Source: an uncultured virus (IMG/VR IMGVR_UViG_3300009128_001768) (lineage: Duplodnaviria; Heunggongvirae; Uroviricota; Caudoviricetes). Taken from it: 61,373 nt of DNA. The position numbers were made by a program, and so were the translations under genes. The stretch is from the IMG/VR virus record IMGVR_UViG_3300009128_001768, positions 62,001-123,373 of that record, one strand, 5' to 3'. Position 1 is the stretch's first letter. Each line of letters begins with the position of its first letter. Below are positions 1-8,910 of the stretch, piece by piece. The notes beneath the pieces are model-generated. The model was not told the origin of the DNA. It worked only from the letters and a program-made list of their open reading frames with translations, and did no database searches.

Positions 1-1
1 A

Positions 2-1276
2 ATCAGCAGTTGGTTCAACAACCTTAAGCGTAGTCTCGTGGGCATTGGCAGTAGCACCTTCGAACACGAGGACATCTACTGTACTCTCGATAATCGTCTG
101 GTTGACTGTAGTTGTCGTTCCCTGAACAGTTAGATCACCAGCAATAATTGCCTCGCCCACAATTGTCGTTGTAGACGCAGAACCAGCGCCGATTGTTACA
201 TCAACCTGGCCATCTGTTGCGTGCTCACCCTCTAGTATCAGACCAGCAGTAAGAGTTGTCGTTGTCCCGTTACTTTCTGCGACGAACAATGACATTTTAC
301 CTGCTTCGTCAGTATCATCAGACTCAGAGACCTCTACCAGAATTTTTCCAAACGCGGTCGCGTTTTGACCAGCATCATCACCGAGCCACTCAATGCTACC
401 AACATCATCGCCATCAGCACCTGCGGCGCCCTTATCTTTAACAAACCGAAGACGAGCACCTAAGGCGTCGGAGTTGGTGTTTTTCAGGATCGCCAGCGGC
501 AAGTTGGAGGTAGAAGACTCGAGATTCAAGCCAGTAAACTGTGGGCTATCCTCAGTTCCAACACCCAAAGCGCTTGCAGCAGCAGCGGCAGTTGAAGCAC
601 CGGTTCCACCATCAGCAATCGCAACGTCTGTTCCACCAGCACGGTAGATGATGTTTCCTTCAATGTTAACATCGCCAGAACCTTGCCTTGTAAGTGTAGT
701 GTCAGATGCATGACCAAGTTCAATACCTGTAAATTGTGGACTGTCACCAGTACCAACACCAATGCTTGTGCGAAGTGTTGCTCCGCTTTCAACGGCGGGG
801 TCAGTCGTACCGTCACCAACAAGCATCTCACCATCGGAAAGAACGTTCATCGCCTGAATAGCGCCAGAGCCGTTACCAAGTAGGATACCACCGTCTGTTA
901 GCGATGTTGCTCCTGTACCACCTTGTTCCACTGTAACAGCGGTGGCGGTTGTCAGGATAGTACCTGTCGATGCAGGTAACGTGTTTACGCCAGCACCGTC
1001 TTCAGCGCGCAGCTTATTCTCGTTACCATCAGCGGAAGAGCCTTCCCAGATGATCTCACCGTTATTGTCTGTGGTGAGCTTGATATCACCGGCAGTGGCA
1101 CCATCGGTACCGATAACGACAGGAGCACCAAACTCTGATTGACCTGATACCGTATCAAATCTTAAATATGATTGATCAGATGCGCCAGAACCATCGACGA
1201 ATTCAAAAGCAGCAGCATTGTTGCTTGCGAGTCCACCAGAGAGCTGGAGCAATCTCATTTTTGTTTTTTGGGGCAT
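2..1276 (-). CDS. Tail fibre-like protein, N-terminal 425 codons; runs off the left window edge (absent from the ORF track)
   Basis: Manual translation from ATG at 1276 (SD AAGGA upstream): MPQKTKMRLLQLSGG...VEQGGTGATSL...GVGTGDSPQFTG...IADGGTGAST...GVGTEDSPQFTG...GDLTVQGTTTTV...FEGATANAHETTL. The frame stays open to the edge, with GGTGA and GDLTVxG motifs typical of phage fibres. Confidence 0.8.
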   Translation of the reverse strand, partial: MPQKTKMRLLQLSGGLASNNAAAFEFVDGSGASDQSYLRFDTVSGQSEFGAPVVIGTDGATAGDIKLTTDNNGEIIWEGSSADGNENKLRAEDGAGVNTLPASTGTILTTATAVTVEQGGTGATSLTDGGILLGNGSGAIQAMNVLSDGEMLVGDGTTDPAVESGATLRTSIGVGTGDSPQFTGIELGHASDTTLTRQGSGDVNIEGNIIYRAGGTDVAIADGGTGASTAAAAASALGVGTEDSPQFTGLNLESSTSNLPLAILKNTNSDALGARLRFVKDKGAAGADGDDVGSIEWLGDDAGQNATAFGKILVEVSESDDTDEAGKMSLFVAESNGTTTTLTAGLILEGEHATDGQVDVTIGAGSASTTTIVGEAIIAGDLTVQGTTTTVNQTIIESTVDVLVFEGATANAHETTLKVVEPTAD

Positions 1277-1386
1277 AATTTATTTTCCTTTTTCGAAATT
1301 AGTGTTCTACAAACACATAAACGAAGAAATCAACGTAAAAAACATACGGGGAAAACAAACTAATAGGAAACGAACGAACTTGCCTC

Positions 1387-1393
1387 TAACTAT
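1387..1393 (-). promoter_or_regulatory. Putative late promoter motif ATAGTTA
   Basis: Matches the ATAnTTA motif also found upstream of structural genes at 8878-8884 and 26269-26275. Confidence 0.4.
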
Positions 1394-1406
1394 ACAAGTC
1401 TTAGCG

Positions 1407-1625
1407 TTAGTGCACGAGATTTTTCAAGTTTTTTAGTATCGCATCGAAGCGTGAATAATCACTGTTGATGTACCCAACAGCGTACTTTGTACACTCAACA
1501 TTGTCTTTAAACACAAATTTATATCTGTTTTTCTCTCGACCCGCAGAGAGGAGCTCACACCCCTTCAAAAGAAGAAACGCTGCTAATCCGATATCCGCGG
1601 TAATATATTGAGATGTGTCTTGCAT
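1407..1625 (-). CDS. Small phage protein, DUF5659-like
   Basis: 72 aa with the pattern YITADIGLAAFLLLKG...YKFVF, resembling DUF5659 small phage proteins. Same strand as its neighbours. Confidence 0.55.
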   Translation of the reverse strand: MQDTSQYITADIGLAAFLLLKGCELLSAGREKNRYKFVFKDNVECTKYAVGYINSDYSRFDAILKNLKNLVH

Positions 1626-1648
1626 ACTAATTTAAATTATGGTGTCCA

Positions 1649-4012
1649 CTAGCTTACTACCTTGTATACCATTACATCGAGAACATCATCAATTTCAATA
1701 TCAAACGCAAATTTTAATGATGATGCACCAGTCACATAGTAATCTCGTTCCACAGGATCTGCTGTTACCTGCGCTGCTGTGCCAGAATGCAATAACTGTC
1801 CATTCAATAAAACGTCGATCAAACCAATGTCATAAGATACCGTCGCAAAATTTGTCGATGACACTGGAACATTCACCCCGGCAGAATACGATTGTGCTAG
1901 AAAATAGCTCTGTCTCTGTCTTTCGGATACCCCAGTATTACTAACTTGAACATAACCAGATGATCCGGTGGTTATAGAGATACCAGTACCAGACCGAAGA
2001 TACGACGTACCGTCAACGAGCCGCGTCAATGAACCCGACAATGCGGGCACGCTTAAAGTATTCGTTACCTTATTAAACGTGAATGTGCTGTCGCCACCAA
2101 AAGTGTTACTATCGTTAAATTGAATCTGCGTATTGCTTCCGCCGGGAGAACCGCTGCCTCCTGTCGAAGAAATAGTTATTGAACCATCAGAGGCTGATGT
2201 TATAGTAACGTTCGGCCCTTCCCGAAGATATGATGTACCATCGCTAAGTTGTTGTAAAGACGCGGATAGGCCGGCCAACGCTACAACAGACCCAGAAGCA
2301 AGTACATCCCCACCGAAAACAGATGAACCCCCTGTTGATGTCCCAATACTCCCTATACTTCCAGATACAAAGAAACTAGTATCACCAAAATTAGCGGGGT
2401 TGGGATCTGAGGTGCCGCCACCAGATAAAATCAGTATCTGTGTATTGGCACCTGATTCTGTCATTTTTATAAGATCGACACCACCAGCTTGAATGTTTAT
2501 ATCATCTGGCTGAAACCGAATAAAAGTGTTGGCATCATTTTTGTGGTAGATGTACTCTCCCACGTCCATATTTCCGCCAACAGAAAGCTTATAAGAAGGA
2601 GTATCAGACCCAATGCCAACTTTACCATCTGATGTAACGGTAAACATGCTACCAACACCCGCCTGACCCCTGTTGACAGATAACGTTCCGGATACTACAA
2701 CATCACCACCGAAAACAGAAGTACCTCTCCTTGAAGTATTTCGAGAATCGATAGATCCAGACACGAAGAAATTAGTGTCAGTGAACGTTCTTGGGTCAGG
2801 GTCTGCTGCTGACGAGCCGTGACCAGAAGCATCAGAAAGACTTCCGGAAAATAGAAGTACTTGGTCTGTTTCACCGTCTACCTGCAAGGCGCTACTTTTA
2901 TTTTGGGTTTCTACCCTAAAGTTTTTATCGACTCCGCTCTGGTTTACCACCACAGTTCCGTTAAGATTTACGTCACCCTGGACATCTAAAAGAGACCCGT
3001 TCCACGTAAAGTCAGCATCAGATGTTAGCGTATCTGAATCTGACCAGGTCGCAATTCTGTTTGCTGCTCCAGAACCATCAATACCTCCAGTCGATGAAAT
3101 TGTAATGGCTCCTGAAGAACCTGTCACTATTGTCGTATTACTTCCAGCAATCAAGTAGCTAGTACCATCCTGCAGATTCGTTAATGAACCGGACAATGCG
3201 GGAGCAGAAACTGTTCCTGAAAATGTTGAACCAGTTAAAGTTGCGACAATTGAATCTCTAACTGCGATCGTATAGGCAGCACCGGCACCAGAATCAGTAG
3301 TCTTTATTCCTGTTCCTGCTGTAAACACACGCTCATTCGATAGCGATGCGGTGGCGGCCAAAACAAGATATTGTGCAGCAGGATCACCATCTCCTGCACC
3401 GCCAGCTGACGCGACAACAGTGTCCAGCATATCACCAATATACAGATAGCCCTCAATAAAGTCAGGATTATCCGCCTGGTCTCCAGTTCCAGATGGGTCC
3501 TGCTGGAAGAACACTCCGTTAAAATAATCTAGATACCAATCTCGAGCGTCCAGTAGCGGAATTAGTGTACCTGATCCCTTGGACGAATTACCACCGTAAT
3601 ACGGCTTTGCCTCGTATGATGACGCAAAAGATGGAGGTATAAGTTGTAACGATCCAGACGTTATATTAATGACTTGATCATTCTGGAACGGGTACGTACC
3701 CGCCTTTGAATTCGATGAATTGGATTCATAATCAGATGGAAGCTTTAATTCAAATCCGTGTCGACCATCCGATGTATCGCTACCGGCAATAAACGTTGCG
3801 GGAAATCTGAGGTATTCCACCTGTCCCGTGATTGTATATAGCGCGGTGTTGGATGGGCTGGTAGTGACCGATTCTCCGAATATATTTTCAGAAGTTGTAG
3901 TTATACCTGACGGCAGTCCCTCGTTAGAAAGACCCTTATCGTTTGATGTCTGCGCTTTACCCGCTAATTTCTTAAGCGAAATCAAGCGCTCAGTTTTTGC
4001 ATCATACGCCAT
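1649..4012 (-). CDS. Tail fibre / virion structural protein with LSGSLxxLxDGTSYL repeats
   Basis: 787 aa, G/S/T-rich. Has three LS[GA]SL..DGTSYL repeats, two FFVSGS...SVFGGDV repeats, and the fibre motifs GKVGIGSDTPSYKL and PGGSNTQIQFND. Confidence 0.75.
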   Translation of the reverse strand: MAYDAKTERLISLKKLAGKAQTSNDKGLSNEGLPSGITTTSENIFGESVTTSPSNTALYTITGQVEYLRFPATFIAGSDTSDGRHGFELKLPSDYESNSSNSKAGTYPFQNDQVINITSGSLQLIPPSFASSYEAKPYYGGNSSKGSGTLIPLLDARDWYLDYFNGVFFQQDPSGTGDQADNPDFIEGYLYIGDMLDTVVASAGGAGDGDPAAQYLVLAATASLSNERVFTAGTGIKTTDSGAGAAYTIAVRDSIVATLTGSTFSGTVSAPALSGSLTNLQDGTSYLIAGSNTTIVTGSSGAITISSTGGIDGSGAANRIATWSDSDTLTSDADFTWNGSLLDVQGDVNLNGTVVVNQSGVDKNFRVETQNKSSALQVDGETDQVLLFSGSLSDASGHGSSAADPDPRTFTDTNFFVSGSIDSRNTSRRGTSVFGGDVVVSGTLSVNRGQAGVGSMFTVTSDGKVGIGSDTPSYKLSVGGNMDVGEYIYHKNDANTFIRFQPDDINIQAGGVDLIKMTESGANTQILILSGGGTSDPNPANFGDTSFFVSGSIGSIGTSTGGSSVFGGDVLASGSVVALAGLSASLQQLSDGTSYLREGPNVTITSASDGSITISSTGGSGSPGGSNTQIQFNDSNTFGGDSTFTFNKVTNTLSVPALSGSLTRLVDGTSYLRSGTGISITTGSSGYVQVSNTGVSERQRQSYFLAQSYSAGVNVPVSSTNFATVSYDIGLIDVLLNGQLLHSGTAAQVTADPVERDYYVTGASSLKFAFDIEIDDVLDVMVYKVVS

Positions 4013-4015
4013 AGG

Positions 4016-7000
4016 TTAGCTCCACGAAACGCTCATACTAGAAATGTACCCAGTTGATGAAGCGTCTGCCTCTATTTTCACAACTATATATTCATTACTG
4101 CCTACTGACTGTGTTCCGAAGGTCGCAGTGTTAGTCGCATTGAGCGATGAGTCTAAGCTTCCATCTAAGCAGCCGTCGCCGTCGGAGGTTTGTCCCGTCG
4201 CGAATGAGATTGCCAAATCCATCCACCCAGTTTCAAAGGCAGCAGTTGTGGTCGGAAGCTTAATCAACACGTGAAGGTTCGACGTTGTCAATGTAGTCGC
4301 TTGAGAAGCGATAGTTCCTGATCCGTTGATAGTAAGATCGAAACCTGTCTTTGAGCCCCCTGATGTGTTCTGAAAATATCTATAAAACGTTCTTGTGCCT
4401 GACGTGATACCGCTATAATTTACATTGCTACTTGGACCGTTTGTTATTGACCCGCCGTCAGAAGTGTTTCTAAAATCTCCAGAATCTCCTCCTTGGGGCG
4501 GCGCGTAAAGTCGGCTATTATAAAAAAGCAAGCCATCAACGCCGGCGAGGCTTGTTGTAGAATCCCAAGCACTCCCTCCAGCGGTAACGTTAGCTTGAGT
4601 ATTATAGCTACCTGATATTAATCTATAACTTTCACCCCTGAACGTCTCAGACGTGGCGGTGGATGTATCAGATAGATCGTATAACAAAATTCCGCTTATT
4701 GACTGTGAGCCGGCGCTGGAAAGATTCGATTTTAGCGGTGCGGGTACATTAGTACTTACAGAAATCGACCCATCTAAAATAGGATCGCCTGTAATCGTCG
4801 CTGATCCAGTAAGATGCAGAATTTTCGTTTCATCTTCGCCGCCTGCATGATTGATAGATGGAAACGCTTGAGACGAGACTGAGCAATTTGTGCCGTTAAA
4901 AGATATTGTAGATGTAGAATATACATTACGATACGCATTCAAGACGCGGATCCTATATTCAGCGGTTCCGCCAGTGTTATATTTCACTCCCGAAAGATTT
5001 TTAGTTCCTGTCATGGAAAGCGAATCCATGGCAGAATTATCGGAAGACAATGCATTGGAATCGGGATCGTTCACCCACTCCACATAGTTGCATGTTATAT
5101 CTGCGCCTGCTATTGTGTGCACCACCCTCGCGTAGTTCCACCCGCTCTGCTGATCAGCGGCGGTGATTGTGTATGTACCTTGCCGGTGTTGGAAAGTTTC
5201 GAAATTGCTGCTATCGCTAAAATGGCCTGGCGTGGTTGCAGAAAGGTTAAACCCAGACCCGTTTCCGTTCAAAGAATTCCCAGACCCGAATGAACTTAAA
5301 TCTACAGAGTGTATTGCAGTGGAATTATCATTTACAAAAAGTTTCAAAGTTCCCTGATTACCGTTGCCGAATGAATAAGCGGCGTAATTTACACCATCTG
5401 CTGACACGTCGGCGTTCAGCGTTCCGTTGATCACTGTCGAGCCGCCGAAACAAGCGCGCCGTAAGTCATTACTTGCGGCAGTTGAATTAAACGTTCCATT
5501 AATATCGATATCAGAAAGATTGTCAGTGGGCGTCAACGTGGAAGGTCGTGCATTTGTATAACCGGAAATTGACTGCGATGATCCGAAGGAAAGGACAGCC
5601 GAAGTACCAGAGTCTGAACAGTTCATATCGTCTAGACCTGGGGCGGCGGAGGGTGCAAGCCCCTTCAAGACCTCGTTAAACCTATCCACCGCTGTCCCAA
5701 CTGGTGTTACAGTACTGAAATCGGTGAATAACCCATCAGAATATGAACCGTCTTCAGCATCTCCTATAGACCCAGTGACTGCGACGACGCCACCGCCCAG
5801 ATCGCTTATAACTCCAAGCTTAGATAAGTTTAGAGTGCTGATGCTTGAAACGCTAGAAGAACCGGAAACAACTGATATTTCTCCACCGGACGCAGCTACT
5901 GTCACAGCTCCAGAGGAGCCAGTAGTAATGGTCACGTTACTTCCTGCGATCAGGTAAGATGTCCCATCTTGTAGTTTGGTGAGTGAACCAGAAAGAGCTG
6001 GAGCAGTAACCGTGCCTGTGAAGGTCGATCCAGTGATCGTTGCAATAATCGAATCGTCTATAGAGAGCTCTGTTGAATCAATCACCAACCCAGAGTTGCT
6101 CTTAAGATCGACACTGAATTCGGTGCCTGAAAGATCTAGACCATCGCCAGCAGTGTATGTTGTGTCTGTGTCAGTAGATGATATTGAAATATACCCAGCT
6201 GAGGCAGAGGTTATGATAACATTAGCATTACCTGGTCGTAGATAGGAAGTCCCGTCTTGTAGTCTTGTAAGCGAACCCGAAAGAGCTGGGGCGGTCACGG
6301 TACCAGTAAAAGTAGACCCAGTAATCGTCGCTAAAACAGAATCATCAATTGAAAGCTCGGCAGAGTCAATTACTAAGCCAGATCCGCTCTTAAGATCGAC
6401 ACTAAATGCGGTACCCGAAAGATCCAGGCCGGAACCAGCTGTGTATGTTGTATCAGTAGAAGACACTGTGACATATCCCGCTGAGGAACTTGCTATTGCA
6501 ATATTCGAGCCCTCGCGGAGGTATGACGTGCCATCAGACAGCGCTTGTAAGGACCCGGAAAGTCCTGCTTGCGCAACAACATCACCGGAAAAAATCGAGC
6601 CAGTTAATGCAGCAAACTCGCTATCTTTCACTCGTAGAGTGTACGCATTACCTGCACCGTCGTCGCTAGATGCAAGGCCTGTCCCCATTGTAATAACTCT
6701 CTCTTGCGCGAGAGAACTAGTCGCGGCCAAAACAAGATATTGTGCATTACCATCCGCGACGCCACCACCACCAGCGATTGCGCTAATTGTAATCTCACCA
6801 GAAGACCCCGTCGTTATCGTGACGTTATCACCCTGCCGGAGATATGACGTACCATCAGGAAGCCGCGTCAACGACCCAGACAAACCAGCATTAAAGACAA
6901 CAGGTCCGCTAAATTGAGACCCAGTTAATGTCGCGACGACAGAATTATCAATACCAACAGTAATACCAGAAGTCCCACCATCATAAGTGAACGTTGATAT

Positions 7001-8854
7001 CCCTGTTCCTTGAGCCAAAGAATTTGGAACATTCGCCACGCTTATACCAGAAGAACCCATATCGATTGTGCTGCCGTCAAGCTTGACCCTTAATTTATCA
7101 GAGCTAAATTCTAGGCCTGCGGTTGATGCAAGATCAACCGCCAGGGTTACATCGCCGGAAGCACCGCCACCTGTCAATCCCTGGCCAGCGGTAACACCAG
7201 TAATTTCTGTGCCATCTGTTGAAACGACTATCTGTCCGTTCGATGACGTAACGATGCTTACACCTGTACCGCAGGCAAGATATGGTACACCAGAAGACAC
7301 TTCTTGTAGAGAGCCAGTTAAGCCCGCTGTTGTTGATATACCAAACGTATTTTTCCCTGTCCACGTATTGTCGACACCCTTTCGAGGAACCACTGCAGTG
7401 TCGATTGCAACTGTCTGGGTAGAAGAGCCGTCAAACGAAAATGTATCAATGCCTGTTCCTTGAGAAATTGCATACGGCAAATTTGCAACAGATATCCCGT
7501 TATTTCCGATCGAAAGGGTACTGCCATCTAAATCAATAGAAAATAAAGTTGGTAGCTCAGCACCTTGAAAGTTCAGGTTGATCCCGCCGTTCGAAGCCGC
7601 GGCCATCAGCACGGTTCTGTCAACCAGGTCAACCAACGTACCCACAGTAGATTTTGTTATTGTAGTCCCGCCGTCAGACACAAATAGAGATGAAGACCTT
7701 GTACCAGCAGAAGACAACGATGTTGCGTCTAATCCAACTGTTGCTGCACCTGTGCCATTATACGTAAAAGTGCCAATACCTGACCCGGCGGTAAGATCTC
7801 CTCCGGCACCAAGCGAAGCAGCGATTGTTATCTGGCCAGAAGTCGGGGTATCATAAGAAATTGTAACGTTGCTACCGCCCACAAGATATGGAACGCCAGA
7901 AGACACCTCATCATGCTTCCCCAACAGTGTACCAAATGTATTTGTTCCAGACCATGTATTGCTACTTGCCAAAAGAGGAACCGTAGATGTATCGATACCG
8001 ACTGCCACGCTAGCTGTGCCGCCGTCATAACTAAATGATGATATTCCCGTTCCATGTGTTAAAGCATTCGGTACTGACGCAACGCTTAGTCCAGACGAAT
8101 TTACACTTAACGTTGGGCCATCCAGATCGGCTTTTAATTTATTTGAACTAAATTCTAAACCAGAATTTGTCGCAAGATCTACTGCGATTGTTGCCGCGGC
8201 AGTATTATTATATGAGCTTGCGCCAGAAGCAGAATCATAAATTCCGTCTCCAAAAGTAATGGCATTCGCCAAAGTGCCACCGGCGCCTGCCGCCATTAAG
8301 TTGGAGACGGAAACCTTTTTTACATTGCGTGCAGTGGGGTCATCAAGATCGTAGATGAACAGCAAGTCTCCGGAGGCGGGGGTCACAGCTAATTCTGAGT
8401 CTACATCATTTGGATTCAGACCCAGACCACTTGAAGAGAATGTAATTCCTCCGCGGTCATATAAGTCTACCTTTACTGATGCGTTTCCGCTTCCGTCATA
8501 AGTAAAGTCTTGAATTCCGTCCGCCTCTACTCCCGACAGCGTCCCGACCAGCGCGCCTGTACCCGCGGCAATCGTAACAGCGCCGTCTGAACCAGTTGTA
8601 ATCGTTACATTGTTCCCTTCGCGTAGATACGTAGTACCATCAGCAAGGCGTGTTAAAGAACCAGACAATGATGGAGCGTACACCGTTGTGGCCTCAACAT
8701 TACCATGGACAGCGAGAATCCGATGAAATTCCTTATCATCGAACCCGATCTGGAAGTGCTGGGGAGAAACTATCTTTAAGATAGAATCGTCAGTTTTCGA
8801 TCTTATGACCAAAAAATCAGATTTATTTAAAGATGTCCTTGATTCACGTGCCAT
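4016..8854 (-). CDS. Long tail fibre-like protein with multiple internal repeats
   Basis: 1612 aa. Has 5 clear and 2 degenerate LSGSL..DGT[ST]YL repeats, TAGxGL and DLDGSTL motifs, and a non-repetitive C-terminal domain of about 570 aa. Confidence 0.8.
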   Translation of the reverse strand: MARESRTSLNKSDFLVIRSKTDDSILKIVSPQHFQIGFDDKEFHRILAVHGNVEATTVYAPSLSGSLTRLADGTTYLREGNNVTITTGSDGAVTIAAGTGALVGTLSGVEADGIQDFTYDGSGNASVKVDLYDRGGITFSSSGLGLNPNDVDSELAVTPASGDLLFIYDLDDPTARNVKKVSVSNLMAAGAGGTLANAITFGDGIYDSASGASSYNNTAAATIAVDLATNSGLEFSSNKLKADLDGPTLSVNSSGLSVASVPNALTHGTGISSFSYDGGTASVAVGIDTSTVPLLASSNTWSGTNTFGTLLGKHDEVSSGVPYLVGGSNVTISYDTPTSGQITIAASLGAGGDLTAGSGIGTFTYNGTGAATVGLDATSLSSAGTRSSSLFVSDGGTTITKSTVGTLVDLVDRTVLMAAASNGGINLNFQGAELPTLFSIDLDGSTLSIGNNGISVANLPYAISQGTGIDTFSFDGSSTQTVAIDTAVVPRKGVDNTWTGKNTFGISTTAGLTGSLQEVSSGVPYLACGTGVSIVTSSNGQIVVSTDGTEITGVTAGQGLTGGGASGDVTLAVDLASTAGLEFSSDKLRVKLDGSTIDMGSSGISVANVPNSLAQGTGISTFTYDGGTSGITVGIDNSVVATLTGSQFSGPVVFNAGLSGSLTRLPDGTSYLRQGDNVTITTGSSGEITISAIAGGGGVADGNAQYLVLAATSSLAQERVITMGTGLASSDDGAGNAYTLRVKDSEFAALTGSIFSGDVVAQAGLSGSLQALSDGTSYLREGSNIAIASSSAGYVTVSSTDTTYTAGSGLDLSGTAFSVDLKSGSGLVIDSAELSIDDSVLATITGSTFTGTVTAPALSGSLTRLQDGTSYLRPGNANVIITSASAGYISISSTDTDTTYTAGDGLDLSGTEFSVDLKSNSGLVIDSTELSIDDSIIATITGSTFTGTVTAPALSGSLTKLQDGTSYLIAGSNVTITTGSSGAVTVAASGGEISVVSGSSSVSSISTLNLSKLGVISDLGGGVVAVTGSIGDAEDGSYSDGLFTDFSTVTPVGTAVDRFNEVLKGLAPSAAPGLDDMNCSDSGTSAVLSFGSSQSISGYTNARPSTLTPTDNLSDIDINGTFNSTAASNDLRRACFGGSTVINGTLNADVSADGVNYAAYSFGNGNQGTLKLFVNDNSTAIHSVDLSSFGSGNSLNGNGSGFNLSATTPGHFSDSSNFETFQHRQGTYTITAADQQSGWNYARVVHTIAGADITCNYVEWVNDPDSNALSSDNSAMDSLSMTGTKNLSGVKYNTGGTAEYRIRVLNAYRNVYSTSTISFNGTNCSVSSQAFPSINHAGGEDETKILHLTGSATITGDPILDGSISVSTNVPAPLKSNLSSAGSQSISGILLYDLSDTSTATSETFRGESYRLISGSYNTQANVTAGGSAWDSTTSLAGVDGLLFYNSRLYAPPQGGDSGDFRNTSDGGSITNGPSSNVNYSGITSGTRTFYRYFQNTSGGSKTGFDLTINGSGTIASQATTLTTSNLHVLIKLPTTTAAFETGWMDLAISFATGQTSDGDGCLDGSLDSSLNATNTATFGTQSVGSNEYIVVKIEADASSTGYISSMSVSWS
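5900..6460. repeat. Tandem intragenic duplication, period 288 nt (96 aa)
   Basis: gctcttaagatcgacact occurs at 6098-6115 and 6386-6403, and gtgtatgttg at 6153 and 6441. The protein repeat DTTYTAGxGLDLSGTxFSVDLKS...APALSGSLTxLQDGTSYL occurs twice. Confidence 0.85.
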
Positions 8855-8877
8855 TCAACATTCCCGTTACGTAACAC

Positions 8878-8884
8878 TAAATAT
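8878..8884 (-). promoter_or_regulatory. Putative late promoter motif ATATTTA
   Basis: Lies in the 56-nt gap upstream of the 1612-aa fibre gene and matches ATAnTTA. Confidence 0.45.
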
Positions 8885-8910
8885 TACGAAAAGCAACGTG
8901 GTAGCCGGTA

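Noticed and set aside
1649..8854. Diversity-generating retroelement or invertible shufflon acting on the fibres
   Set aside because: No reverse transcriptase or recombinase is seen. The repeats are direct, in frame and differ mainly at synonymous positions, not specifically at adenines.
8866..8875. 10-bp palindrome gttacgtaac upstream of the long fibre gene
   Set aside because: It is short and I noticed only one copy, which is compatible with chance.
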